Counted from the first letter of the stretch, positions 26,968 to 40,529 are shown. The stretch is DNA of 64,000 nucleotides from Octopus sinensis (GCF_006345805.1 NC_043003.1:77810001-77874000), one strand, 5' to 3'. Numbers and translations: made by a program. The notes: generated by a model not told the origin, from the sequence alone.

Positions 26968-27524
26968 TGTGCGTGCACGCGCTTGTGTGTGTGCATGTGT
27001 GTGTGTGTATGTTTGTGTATGTGTGTATTGGTGCAATATTACCGAATGGGTGAGAACTTCGCGATGCAACCACGAGAATCATGGTTCAATACACGCACGT
27101 GTGGGCATGTGTGTGTGTGCAATATTACCGAATGGTTAAGAACTTCGCAATGTAACCACGAGAATTCTGATTCAGTCTACGATCGTGTATGCCTGAGTGT
27201 GTATGCATGCGCGCGCGTATGTGCATGTGTGTGTGTTTGTGTGTGTTGGTGCAACTAAGAGAATCCGGGTTCAATACCTCTATGTAGCATGGCCAAATTT
27301 CATTTTCTTAAGTCTCAGATCCATCCAACGTTGTGAGTGAAATTAGCTGGAGGGAAACTACATACAAGCTTCTTGGGTGGATTATACCCGTACAAGAAAA
27401 TGTGCAGCTTTATCACACGTTGTATCACGCTTATTTGAGAATTACGTTAAAAGTAGACCTGTCTTTGGAATGCTCTGGCTACTTATACATACATGTATAT
27501 AAAAAATACAAAAATGGGACAAGA

Positions 27525-27874
27525 ACGCAAAACATCTTGACAGTTAGGTGAAACAAACAATGGAAAACAAAATATCCAGACAGACGATACAAGGAAAACA
27601 AGGACGGATCTTTCGGAGTTTTCTATCATCAGTCGAGTTCCAGATTATCTTTGCAATTTCGGCTGGTTATACTCGAGATTGCTCCAGTCTGGCCAGCCCC
27701 AAAGAAAAATAAGCTAAGAGCATTACATTCCTTGGGAGAAAGCAGCGAATGTATACGAAAACAAAGACGGAAAAAAACAGAAATGTTACACAAATATAAA
27801 CAACAGGACATAACAACAGGTATATTTCGACTAAGGACGAATTAAATTAAGCTGGCGTGTGTGGAAATAAAGCC

Positions 27875-27875
<1 letters not shown>
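27525..27875. mobile_element. Microsatellite-flanked interspersed repeat, possibly Penelope pLTR-derived
   Basis: A-rich GAAAACAAAGACGG-type composition like the 36.2-36.8 kb elements; abuts (CATA)n. Confidence 0.35.
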
Positions 27876-27905
<30 letters not shown>

Positions 27906-28199
27906 CATACATACATACATACATACACATACATACATACATGCAATGTATGTATGTCATTGTTCAGTTTTATTTCAAGATTTCTCGTCAATAGAGAAAG
28001 GGGCGGTTTCTAACCTTGATCCAAGGGTCCTTCACTGGAATTTCAACATCAACAGGGTATTTGTGTATGTATATGCGCAAATTTGTATGTTTTGTTTTAT
28101 GTATGCTTCCTCGTGCATTCCCAGAGTAGTCCATATTCTGCAAGATCATGTGAACGGAAGAGTGGGGTCTTGCGAGTAGTAGAAGATGAGCACCTTATA

Positions 28200-28915
28200 T
28201 ATACTTAAATGATAAACTCCTGGAAAGTTTTACAGATTTTTACAGTTCCAGTCATGGATTGGAGCTATAAACTTCGAACAATTTTCTTCTTTCTGGCTTT
28301 GAGAAGCCTCGTTTCTGAGAAAGACTGGTATTTAGGTAGTGTATTACATATCCCAGTGCTACAATAATTATATGTATAAACTTGAGTTTGTAACCTGGAT
28401 AGAGTAATTGCAAATCTCTCATTAGTTCAGCGTAGGTATTTTCTTTTTCGCTGATCTTTAGCTTTATGTTAACATCTACTGGGCAGCTGATTACCACAAT
28501 TGTACAGTTTCTCTTCCATATCCCAAATCATCATGTCAGGTCTATTATGTTTACATTTTACTGAAGTTTTCACTGGACATTCCACCAGTACTTCTCCTCC
28601 TCCTTATTATGAATGACTATGGCTTCCACCATACTGTGGGTTCTTATTTCTTTGTACTCGGGGTTATCTTTCGGATTGATCTTGTTATACAGTGTCCTAG
28701 CTACAACATCATGTCCCATCAGTAGATAGTATCGTGATGACATTTTCGAACAACTGCTTATGATGTGGGTGATATCTTCGGTATTAACTCCACAAAGTCT
28801 GCACCGGTTGTCACATCTTACTGCTTTTCCTGCATCTCTCTCCCTTTTTGTGCATCAGTTATTAGGTCGATATTTCCTGTTCCTGGAATGAGAAGCAGAC
28901 CCTTCAAAGTGGGAG
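28200..28915 (-). mobile_element. R4/Dong-clade LINE 3' fragment
   Basis: VISCPVDVNI...LQLLYPGYKLKFIHIIIVALG; CRLCGVNTEDITHIISSC; QSMTGTVKICKTF. Confidence 0.8.
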
Positions 28916-29028
28916 GTTATGTATGTATGTATGTATGTATGTATGTATGTATGTATGTATGTATGTATGTATGTACGTATGTATGTATGTATGTATCTAT
29001 CTATTATTTATTATATGTGCATGCATGT

Positions 29029-29700
29029 ACAGGGAACCACCAAAAATGTAATTATACTTTTAATAGCTGATAACCCAGTTTACATTTCACTTAGGTTTAA
29101 CCCATTAAAAACAATGAAAGGAGCCAAACGAAGATTTAAACAAAGGATATTTGTTCTTTCAATGTTATTGGATGTCGGAGTGCAAAGACAGTTTAGGTGA
29201 AAGTTTCAAATCACGCCACCTACACTACCTACCACTATTCGAAGTAGAGATAAGTTTCAAACACATGGAACTGTTCGTAATGTTCACAGGTAAGTTGTAG
29301 AAGGCCATCAACGAATCGCACAGAGGGAGAAAAGTTACAAGAAACGTATTGCTGGAGTTCAAGAAAATGCGTAGGGCACGCAAGGCGTGAGACGGGAATT
29401 TCAGAATTAGTGTTTATTGCATTTTGAAGCGTGTCCTTAGAAAACTTACATTCCCAGAGTAGTCCTTACTCTCCAAGATGATGTGAACCGAAGAGTGGGA
29501 GGTCTTGCGAGTAGTAGAAGAGCATCTTCCAGCAAAGACTGTTTGGATTGATGAGGCTACAAATGACTCAACCGCCACCAACTAGGGACCTGAGAATCTG
29601 CATATTACGGAGGAATATCATGTTAATTTACCAGGGGCTACAATGTGTAGGGATAAACAGGCTCATTTTTCATTTTTTGGCAGTATGGTGAGTGGTTACA
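29029..29700 (+). mobile_element. Decayed DD37D (maT-like) transposon, 5' portion
   Basis: RDKFQTHGTVRNVH; IPRVVLTLQDDVNRRV; WIDEAT; HITEEYHVNLPG in broken frames; a related fragment at ~28110-28195. Confidence 0.6.
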
Positions 29701-30580
29701 CTTCCTTGAACATTCTGCAATAATTTGACATACAAAGCGTTCAAGAGAACTGAAAATGTAGAATTTTCCTTTCCATGATATTGCCGTAGTCAATGTAAGA
29801 GCCTAGGCTGATGAGATTTTGTCCAGCAGGTAAATTGGACGAAGATTCAGTAGAATACCTTCCACGTTTACCTAACCTCATACCACTAGGCTTTTATGAG
29901 GGTTCTTAGAATATAAAGTTAACGTGCCAAAATTGGCAGCAATACATGAATTGAGGTGTTGCCATAGAACGAGAATGCGCACAAATGCCGGAACGAAATG
30001 TTTTTAAATATTTTCGATTGCTTCGAATTATTAGGAGTGCCTCGACGAGAACGGTCATTAGTTTTCAAATAGGCATTTGTAGATTCTATTAAATTTTGAA
30101 AATGAACTGTATTCTAATAAACAGTAAGTATATAATCACTCAATGCATCTAAATATTTTTAAGGACACCTCGACTATTGCGATAGGTGAAAATCCACAAA
30201 GCAAAAACAATGCTGAACTGCATATTTTTTTTATTTATTTTTATAATTTGTATATATATATTTTTTATTTCCCACGCTCTTATATATATATGCCCCGACC
30301 CCAAACCCGGCATCTCCATCATTCTCCCACTAGCAGAACTCGTCCTCACCTTCATATTTACTCAGATACTGATATATCAGTTACTGATATATTTACTCAG
30401 ATACTGATTTATTCACATTTATTTCTTTATTAGTACTAATTTTTATTTTTTCATTATTTACTTGTATTATATGTATTATTTATTTTTATTTTTCATAATT
30501 TTTATTTTTCACTATTTATTTCTGTTATTTTTTTTAGCTTTTATATTCCTATATCACACACCAGAAACACACGACACACG

Positions 30581-30612
<32 letters not shown>

Positions 30613-31269
30613 TTGAACGCACATATACCTCCACACGCAACCCACCACACATACAACGCACACATATACACGCACCCACACACATGACCATACGCGCGCG
30701 CGCACACACACACACATACACATGAACATACACATGAACACACACATTAACGCACATATACTTCCACACACACAATACTCAACACGCACAGTCCCTCTCC
30801 ACTTGGAGCTCTGTTTCAACCTAGAATACTACCTAAAAGACTGAAAGGAACTAGAAATGTAACTCGCATTGTCGACATGCACAAACATTCTATCCTATTT
30901 CTGAAAGAACCCTAAAAAAGATTCCTGAGATTTGAGGAGACTTCTTCTCAACTGCTAATTCAATTACCATGTACTAGCAAAATAATAATAATCATCCTTT
31001 CTACCAAAGGCCTGAAATTTGGGGGTATGGGGCCAGTCAATTAGATCGACCTCAGTACGCAACTGGTACTTAATTTATCGACTTAGAAAATATGAAAGGC
31101 AAAGTTGACCTCGGCAGAATTTGAAATCAGAACGTAAAGACAGAGGAAATTCACTATTTATTTCTATTATTTTTTTAGCTTTTATATTCCTATACCACAC
31201 ACCAGAAACACACGACACACGACACACATAGAATTTAGAGCTAGCATTGATAGTTACGATGTTTCGTAT

Positions 31270-31695
31270 ATTTCTTATTTCTTTATTGCACACAAGGGGC
31301 TAAACACAGAGGGGACAAACAAGGACAGACAAACGGATTAAGTCGATCATATCGACCCCAGTGCGTAACTAGTACTTATTTATTCGACCCTGAAAGGATG
31401 AAAGGCAAAGTTCGACCTCGGCGGAATTTGAACTCAGAACGTAACAGCAGACGAAATACCTATTTCTTTACTACCCGCAGGGGGCTAAACACTGAGAGGA
31501 CAAACAAGGACAGACAAACGGATTAAGTCGATTATATCGACCCCAGTGCGTAACTGCTACTTATTTAATCGAACCCGAAAGGATGAAAGGCAAAGTTCGA
31601 CCTCGGCGGAATTTGAACTCAGAACGTGACAGCAGACGAAATACCGCTAAGCATTTCGCCCGGCATACTAACGATTCTGCCAGCTCTCCGCCTTT

Positions 31696-31696
<1 letters not shown>
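31270..31696 (-). mobile_element. Family B SINE dimer with adjacent (TAA)n; another partial copy at ~30995-31148
   Basis: Two consecutive cores, same organisation as the 19965-20360 dimer. Confidence 0.9.
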
Positions 31697-31776
<80 letters not shown>

Positions 31777-32503
31777 CAACAACATTGACTGTGATTTATT
31801 ATAGTTTATTTTATTCTTTTGTGGATATGTTCATTGACTGATGCAAAAAAGATAAAACAAAAACAAATAAACTTCATTTTATAATTGAAAAGTAATTTAT
31901 CAACGAATATCATATTATATTCAGGTGACCAGGCTGAATTTCTAATTCGGCAGAAAAATATAGTTAATTAAATTTATCGTGTCGAAATTTATTTAAATTA
32001 TATAAATTAACTAGGTTTTTGTTGTTACTTTGTGTTGTTTATTCTAGTCTGAGCTTTCGCTACAAATAAATAAATAACGTTCCTGCTTTTCAACATCATT
32101 AACGTTTACTTCTACTATTCCTCTTCAACGTTCCACTCAATGACGTCATCCACATGCAAGCTAGACATCTCACGATTAACCGCCTCGGATTCTAAGAACG
32201 GAGACCTCGAAAACATTCGTGAGTAAAAGGGTGATATTTCATCCGGAGATGTTTGTTTATATATCCCTGATAATGATTACAAAATACACTACACAGAAAA
32301 TCTAGTGATCTACACCATATATCAAAACGTTTATTTTTCCTGTATAATAATTTGCCGAGTAAACTATAAGAATGTGTACGTTTAAATTGCTTTAATCAAC
32401 AACTTGATGCAGTTATAGAGTATTTGAGCAAAATTTGACAATTTGCATAAAAAGAAAAGTAAATACAATATCCGATTCAAAATAAAAGTTGTTTTTTAAT
32501 CAA

Positions 32504-32940
32504 AAGGCGTAGGAGTAGCTGTGTGGTAAGTAGCTTGCTTACCATCCACATGGTTCCGGGTTCAGTTTCACTGCGTGACACCTTGAGCAAGTGTCTTCTA
32601 TTATAGCCTCGAGCCGACCAAAGCCTTGTGAGTGGATTTGGTAGACGGAAACTGAAAGAAGCCCGTCGTATATATGTATGTGTATATATATATATATATA
32701 TATACATACATACATACATATATGTGTGTGTATATGTTTGTGTGTCTGTATGTGTACCCCCAACATCGCTTGACAACCGATGCTGATGTGTTTACGTTCC
32801 CGTAACTTAGCGGTTCGGCCAAAGAGACCGATAGAATAAGTACTAGGCTTACAAAGAATAAGTCCTGGAGTCGATTTGGTCGACTAAAGGCGGTGCTCCA
32901 GCATGGCCACAGTCACATGACTGAAACAAGTAAAAGAGAG
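32504..32940 (+). mobile_element. Family A SINE, full length
   Basis: Head, CORE-like segment, internal microsatellite, tail GGCGGTGCTCCAGCATGGCCACAGTCACATGACTGAAACAAGTAAAAGAG. Confidence 0.93.
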
Positions 32941-34379
32941 AAAGAGAGAGACATCAACTAGATTATGGCTGAGAAATGACAGTTTACTCACAGTAGCCGC
33001 CCTCAACTTCTACCACAGCCTCAAGACGGCCCCGCAACCTGGGCGTGCGTTTCTCGATGTGTCTCCAAGATCTTCAAACAGCTTCTTTGATCTTAGCCAC
33101 AAGCTCGACCTTGGTTGTTGAAGGCAGAGCAGTTGATGTATTTCTCAACCGTGCCCCACACATAGTTATCTATGGGATAACAATAAGAGGAGTTTAAAGG
33201 CCAAAAATTGGGGCTGATGAAGTCGGAGAAGTTTTCCAACAACCACTTCTAACTCTTTCTGGCGGTATGGCAAAGAACCGAGCCCTGCTGTCACACGTAT
33301 GAACTTCCAGCACCGACCCACTCCAGCCAGTGTTTCAACAGCCTTTAGCAGCTTCACATAGCCATACGAATTGAGCCCAAAACTCTATTCGAAGATGTAA
33401 GTATGAATTTTGGTGTGTGGGTGCAGTTAAAACGCCATTATGCCGGTATTTTGATACCTGGCGCGCATCATCATGATGCAGGTAACTCTTTTTTCAATAT
33501 TCGGATGGCTTCCAGCATACATGTTAGCTAACTTTACATTCATCAACTTTGCCGTTAACTGGTCACCAATACTCCAAGATATTCCTGAAAAAACAGCGAC
33601 ATAAAAATCCTCAAATTTAGCCCGATCAACCTGTAAATAAAACCTATTTTTTTATCAATCGAAATTTGTTTTCTTTTTTTTTATTATCCAAAGTAAACGG
33701 ACAGCTTTAAAAAATGTAACCATATCATCACGTAACACCAGATGTAATCATGCAAATAGGAAATAACCAAAATCCTTTCGCTACATTTTAAGAAGAAAAT
33801 CTTTGCTTACACTTTCTATTATTCCCGCCTCCGCAATTCTCAACAAATTTTGAGACACTAATCGCTTCTCTAAGAAATATTCTTGTGGAAATTATTAATA
33901 TTCTCAGAGCTATTTACCATTATCATTTGTTCAGTGTTTATCGATTCAATCAAAGTAATCTTCATTATAAATGTCTTTATTTTCTTTATCACTCATCATT
34001 TTACCAGCTTTTTCTCTCTTGCTACTGCCTCTGTTTCACTGACCTTTCCTAATACCTTTAAGAAGGAAGGGCAACACCACTGGCTTCTTTGGAATTTCCG
34101 AGATTAGTAGGCGGAAAAGGAAACATTTTCCTCAGACCGGAAACACCACTGGAGGCAATCATGAAACAGGTGGTAATGTTAAACCAGGTGACCAAATGAA
34201 ATCTGCTATCCAAAACAAGAAGTCTCCACAGAGTTTCTAACAACCAAATTTCACATTCAAAGCATTAGTAGAAACTATGGTAAATTATAATACCTTCTCA
34301 AAGTTCTGCGTGATGGAATCGAACCGGTGATCACGTAATCGCCAGTCCAATCTAACTCTGTACATGCTGCCTTTAGAGT

Positions 34380-35640
34380 GACTACAAGGGTGCATGAGTT
34401 TGGTGTCAGCGACAAATCTAAAGTGCATGAGTTCGGTGTTAGCATATGTGTACGATGTACCGTAATAATGTCGGACACCAAACACATCGAGGTGATCGGT
34501 TCTGGTCTTATGGAATACGAGGAGTTAACAAGAATAAGAATTAAGCAGAAGTTTTGGGGACTGCACCTTGGTACTTGTAGATGCAAGACTATGTCATCGA
34601 ACAGTGTCGTGGAGCGCTGGATGGGCGGATAGGTTAAATTGCTCGGGATTTAGTCCAGATCTTCAGATGGACACGAACTAGGAAATGATGACAAACAGGG
34701 TGGCTAATCTCACTGAGAGGTAACTATTTTTGAAGGTTCTGACCGAAGTTGCGAATGCTTACATCGCATCTATCATTTACTACTGCCTGACCGACATACG
34801 TTTCCCAGCTTCATACATAGCCAGAATGGAATGCTTGCTCTTCCGCTTTCTGGATGGGGGAAGACGTGTTCCACTAGTCAGACGGTTCATTTCCTGACAA
34901 CATCCCCTGCGTGTAGAACTTAGCATGCCGTGGCTAATGATGAGCAGGTATGTGCTAAGGTCATGAAATCTCCATCAATTCTTTGGCGGTGAGGTGGACG
35001 AGACCTACATTTCTGCAGTTCGTCTCTATGAAAGAGCTGCAGTCCTGGAACAAGTGTAGACCGAAGCAAGATATCTAGCATTTTGTGTACCGTCAGGTGC
35101 TCACAGCTTTCAACTTGTTGGGAAATGCGATCGTTGGATGTTCCAATATGGTTTATGAAGGATTAGTGATGGGTAAGAGCGACGACCTCTTCAGGGAATC
35201 TATGGACATTGATGAAAGTCAGCTGGCTGATCTTTTCCAGAGTACTTTCGGATGGAGAGCATAGATATTTTCCGTAAATCTCTAGCATTACATCGCTACT
35301 AGGATGGGAGGAGGGCATTGCTGGTTTGGAATAAACTCTACCGACATGGTAGTACCCTTATTCGCGTCTGCCCGAGGTACGTGTAGAGCGATAAAATCAT
35401 CTTGCACATGCTCGTATAATGTTCTGGAGACAGACACTTTCCTTTTCCGCCAAGCTCTCATCGACTTTTTCAAGCCCAACTTTGTAAGAAATATTAAGGT
35501 GGGCAGGAAGATGCTAATCCTCATTCCCTACCGTAAATTAATTGGGAGGTGGGCGATTGTAGCGACAATGGCTCTAGTGAATGGACCAACTCTACGTATG
35601 CACCTGTAAACTGAAAATGGACCATTTACCATGGTACTAC
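34380..35640 (+). pseudogene. Decayed L1/Tx1-clade ORF2 (RT C-terminal part to CCHC region)
   Basis: TVIMSDTKHIEVIG...EYEELT; EVANAYIASIIYY...LLFRFL...VPLVRR...QHPL; NKLYRHGSTLIRVCPR. Confidence 0.75.
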
Positions 35641-35871
35641 TGATGATCAGGGTGCCTTGGGATCTGTGTTGTTCTTTCGTTGACGCTGTGTTATAACAAT
35701 GGTAACAACACGACTCAAACAGCTGAATATCACTTGGGGATTTGCAATTTTTATGATTTTCTTGTTACCGCTATCATTTTTGCTGTTAGTGCTATCACTG
35801 ACGTTTTTTCGATTTTATGTAAATCCTCGCTGTCGTTGTTTATTATGCTGTTTCAAATGTTTTTTTCCGCC

Positions 35872-36078
35872 CTAGTGTGGCAGAATCGTTCGCAAGCTGA
35901 GCAAAATGCTTTGCAGCATTTCGTCCGTCCTTACGTTCTGACTTCAAATTCTGTTGAGGTCGACTTTGCGTTTCATAATTTCAGAGTCGATAAAATAAGT
36001 ACCAGTTGAACACTGGGGGCGATTTTAGAAAATTAACTCCTCCTCCGATTTTTCTGGCCTTGTTCCAAAATTTCAAGC
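35872..36078 (+). mobile_element. Family B SINE
   Basis: GTGGCAGAATCGTT...TTCAAATTCTGTTGAGGTCGACTTTGC core. Confidence 0.85.
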
Positions 36079-36177
36079 CATTAATGTTGTTGTTGTTGTT
36101 ATAATTTTATATAATAACACCAGTATAGGTACAGTCTTGTGGCTGAAACGCATAAAAAAAAAATTTTAATATATATA

Positions 36178-36213
<36 letters not shown>

Positions 36214-36227
36214 TGTATGTATACACA

Positions 36228-36537
36228 TGTGAGCGCATAAGTGCAAATCAAAGACAAAGTGGAAAAAATAGTACTCGAATAACAAAGGCAGAATAATGTA
36301 ACTTTTATGAAAGCTGCAAAGTTATCACAGAATTGTTACTCGGTTTCACGAGAACCTGCAACTCAGAGATAATTATGCAGCTTTAAGGAGTAGATAGACA
36401 GCCGACAACTGATGAAGGGTCGTTCTTTCTGTTATTTGTCCTGTTTTCTATGTTTTTCCTCTCGTCGTTTGCATATTTAACTCGTTTGTTTTCGTATTTC
36501 GTGTTGTTTACAGTTAGTGACGTCCTGTAATCATATA

Positions 36538-36581
<44 letters not shown>

Positions 36582-36815
36582 ATATATATGTATGTATATA
36601 TATGTGTGTGTGTGTGTGTAGGGGAAGGTTCACGGAAAAAACAAAAGACGAAGACAGGTGGTGTAGAAAACAAACAGATGTATTAGTATAACGCTCTGGA
36701 ATTGAAAAAGTCTTTTACGTTTCGAGCCTACGCTTTTCTACAGAAAGGAACACAGAAAAAAACAAGGAAACAAGGAGAGAAAAAAATGTGTGTAGTGGCT
36801 ACCGATCTATCATTT
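36228..36815. mobile_element. Two microsatellite-separated Penelope-pLTR-like repeats; the second carries a variant minimal hammerhead on the minus strand
   Basis: Minus strand 36747-36712: CTTT-CTGTAGA-A-AAGC-GTAG-GCTC-GAAA-CGT-A-AAAG. Confidence 0.45.
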
Positions 36816-36817
36816 AT

Positions 36818-36911
<94 letters not shown>

Positions 36912-36912
<1 letters not shown>

Positions 36913-37080
36913 CGATGGGCTTCTCACAATTTCCGTCTACCAAATCTAGTCACAAGGCTTTGGTTGGTCCGAGGCTATGGTAGGAGACACTTTCCCAAGG
37001 TGCCACGTAGTGTGACTGAACACAGAACCAAGTGGTTGGCAAGCAAGCTACTTACCACCCACACAACCACTCCTGCGCTT
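36912..37080 (-). mobile_element. Family A SINE, 5' half ending in (GATA)n
   Basis: Reverse complement of head and CORE-like segment. Confidence 0.85.
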
Positions 37081-37584
37081 ATATATCTTATATATATCTT
37101 TTTTATTAATTTACCTGTACGGCTTGTGTTCGCAGCCACCAGCGATGGTATCTTTTAAAAATACTATCGCTCTCATATTTTCTTATGAATAATTTCGTTT
37201 GTTTAAATGGTGTTTGATTAGTTCAAATTAATTTACAGGCATGGTGGGGGAAAGTTTTAGTAGTCGTCCTTGACGGATTTGGCAGAGGCGAATTAAGCAC
37301 ACTTTGGTGCCAAATTCGAAATCAGGATATCAAGTTAACCAACATTCCTCTTGCAGACTGGCAGGGGTAGGGTTGATTTGTTGTTCACTGAAATTTTTCC
37401 TATCCTGCCTGTTTTAATTTTGATTAATTTTGTCACTCTTCCGTGGCATAGAAATATTTTGACTTGTATTTTTTGCGATGCAGCTGTTCATGTAGTACTC
37501 TTCTATGTTAGTGTGTGTGTGTGTGTATGTATATATACATACATACATACATACATACATGCATACATACATACATATATATAT

Positions 37585-37641
<57 letters not shown>

Positions 37642-37820
37642 CATATATATGTATATACATACATGTGCACATTATTCATACATATTCACGCACACACGCA
37701 CACACAGATGTACTTATACACACTCACACACTCCAAGTTTAGCGCAATGTATCATCAGTGTCTAAGTCAAGGAAATACCACCACTTGAAGATGGGTGAGA
37801 AAAAAACTTGGAATATATTG

Positions 37821-38215
37821 TAGGCGCAGGCGTGGCTGTGTGGTAAGAAGCTTGCTTCTCAACCACATGGTTCCCAGCCACATGATTCTTTGCGCAAGTG
37901 TCTTCCACTATACCCGCGGGCCGTCCAAAACCTTATGAGTGGATTTGGTAGACGGAGACTGAAAAAAGACTGTCGTATATATGTGTATATGTATCTATGT
38001 GTGCGTTTGTGTCTGTGTTTGTCACCCCACCATCTCTTGACGGTGTGTTTACGTCCCCGTAACTTAGCGGTTCGGCAAAAGGCACCGATAGAATAAGTAC
38101 TAGGCTTACAAAAATTAAATCCTGGGGTCGATTTTTTCGACTAAAACCCTTTAAGGCGATGCTCCAGCGTGGCCGCAGTCTAATGACTGAACTGAAACAA
38201 GTAACAGAGACAGAG
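37821..38215 (+). mobile_element. Family A SINE, near full length with an internal deletion
   Basis: GGCGCAGGCGTGGCTGTGTGGTAAGAAGC head; tail GGCGATGCTCCAGCGTGGCCGCAGTC. Confidence 0.9.
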
Positions 38216-39085
38216 GATCAAGTTCCGAGTTGGGAGAAAATAGTTGTTCAGTGTTTGATAGTGTTTAGCTGTAAAAAATTACAAGCCATAACTGCCAAAA
38301 TAAGCATTATTGGGCGTGGTGGGTGGGAGATCAAATGTGGAAGAAGAAAGAGATACAGTTAGTAAGAGTCTGTTTGTACTGTATACGCCTACACGAACCA
38401 TCACCCATCACAACAACCAGAATAAAAAGTTTTAAATAGTAAATACATGAAAAAGAGGAAGGCCATCTACGAGAAAGAGAAATCTTTATTAATATATGAG
38501 GGTTAGGATGCTTTTGGGAGTAAAAATGAGATGTGTTACTCTGTATATGTGGGTGAAAGCAGGGCCTTGGTTATAAAATCGTTCCACAAGTGGAGAAGAG
38601 ATTAAAGGAATTGCTCGATAAGCTACGGAATTGCTCGATAAGCTACAGATTTGAAAAGTATTTAGGTGTTGTTCCAGACATTAGTGAGGCCTTTATGGCA
38701 ACAATCATACGTTCGGCATAGTTGTTTTCTTCCTCACGTATCTTTAAGATTGAGTTAACATTTCCTGGTAAACATCTATGCATACTTTCTTTTCTCCGTC
38801 CCATAAAATATATCAGGTGTATCATGCTTACATTTTATCTAAGACATTCCTCCCTTACTCTTTCATACTGTGTTTAATTATTCGTTCCACATCATCGTAT
38901 CTTCTTATAATTTATATCCTCAGTTTTAACCCATGGATTTTGTGGTATAAATAATGTTCTTCCCACAATACTATATCTCATAAATGTATGTTTTTATGTA
39001 TGCATGTATATATAACTCCACCCATCTTTTACTCTCTCTCTCTCTCTCTCTTAGTGTCTGTGTGTGTTTATAAATATGTATATAC

Positions 39086-39530
39086 AGGGTTGGCCAAAAG
39101 TCACGAAGGTGTTTGAATGTTTAATAACCCCTTTATTTTTTGTTTTAAATTTACACTACAATAATATCATATACAGTAATTATAGAAAATAAATTTACAC
39201 TACGTATGAAAGATCACATCTCGTAAATGGCTTCTGTTTTCTGCTTCGCATAAACGTACCCTTTCTAAGGCATTTTCCATGTTTCAGATTCCAGTCTTCT
39301 GATTTCGACCCGAATATTGCTCTTAAGCTGACGAAGTATCTGAGGCTTGTTGACATAATTTTTTTCATTAGACAGCCCCATAGGAAGTAAACAGGAGCCA
39401 TCAGATTTAGAGGATACGTCGCAACCACGGAAAATTATTCTTCTCTCAAAAATATGCCTGAGCCGTTGGACTGTGGTCGTTGCTGTACTGTTGGAACCAC
39501 ATGTTAGGTTTAACGCGAACCGTAGGGAGT
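39086..39530 (-). mobile_element. DD37D (maT-like) transposon 3' fragment with terminal CAGGGTTGGCCAAAAGTCAC
   Basis: WFQQ...; NMENALERVRLCEAENRSHLRDVIFHT*. Confidence 0.7.
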
Positions 39531-39700
39531 AAGAAATTTCACATTAATGCCATTACACTCGACTGAAACGCCGAAACGCTAACAGCACGAGAACGGTGAA
39601 GAAGTTATATATATATATCTATACACATATATATATACATATATATACATACATATATACATATATACATATATATACATATATATATATACATATATAC

Positions 39701-39773
<73 letters not shown>

Positions 39774-39783
39774 CATATACATA

Positions 39784-40170
39784 TCTTTATATATAAAAGT
39801 GAAGTTGTGTGTCTGTCTCCTACGATTTAGATTCCTAACTACTCCCACATTTTGCGGTGCATGTAACCAAAAGTGGGTATCTTATAGTCGTGATTCCTAT
39901 CGAGCCCTTCTGGGTATTAGCGCGCGTCTACGATGAGTCTACGATTTAAAACAAATTTACCATCTTTTTTTCCCATTTTTTTGCTATTATATAATTAATC
40001 ATTATATTTCTCTAGAAATGCATTATTAAATCTCAGAACGTAAAAAGCTACAGTAACACCCCACCCTTGTGGTTAGCCATATTGAGATGGCTATTATACT
40101 TTACATCTCTAAAAATGCTTATATAGTTATTTCCCTTACAAACCCGAGCAACGCCGGGCGATACTGCTAG
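39784..40170 (+). mobile_element. Non-autonomous Helitron inserted in a (TA)n tract
   Basis: A|TC 5' start, 3' GC hairpin CCCGAGCAACGCCGGG (40143-40158), CTAG|T end. Confidence 0.82.
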
Positions 40171-40281
40171 TATATATATAAAGATATATATATACACGTA
40201 TATATATACATAGATATATATACATATATATATGTATATATATGTATGTATATATATCTGTATATATATATAATATATATA

Positions 40282-40381
<100 letters not shown>

Positions 40382-40445
40382 TTATATATATGTATGTATA
40401 TTTATATGTATATATATATATATACATATATATAAAGATATATGA

Positions 40446-40521
<76 letters not shown>

Positions 40522-40529
40522 CACACACA

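Noticed and set aside
27601-27640. CTGATGA...CTCC-GAAA-GATC on the minus strand
   Set aside because: Stem II is weak, and no NUH/stem I register works
32141-32148. TGACGTCA CRE palindrome (another near 44508)
   Set aside because: Isolated 8-mers with no gene or promoter context
33000-33360. GC-richer stretch resembling a LINE ORF1 knuckle region
   Set aside because: Too decayed to assign by eye
38607-38646. Perfect 20-bp tandem duplication GGAATTGCTCGATAAGCTAC
   Set aside because: Ordinary slippage duplication inside a probable old LINE remnant
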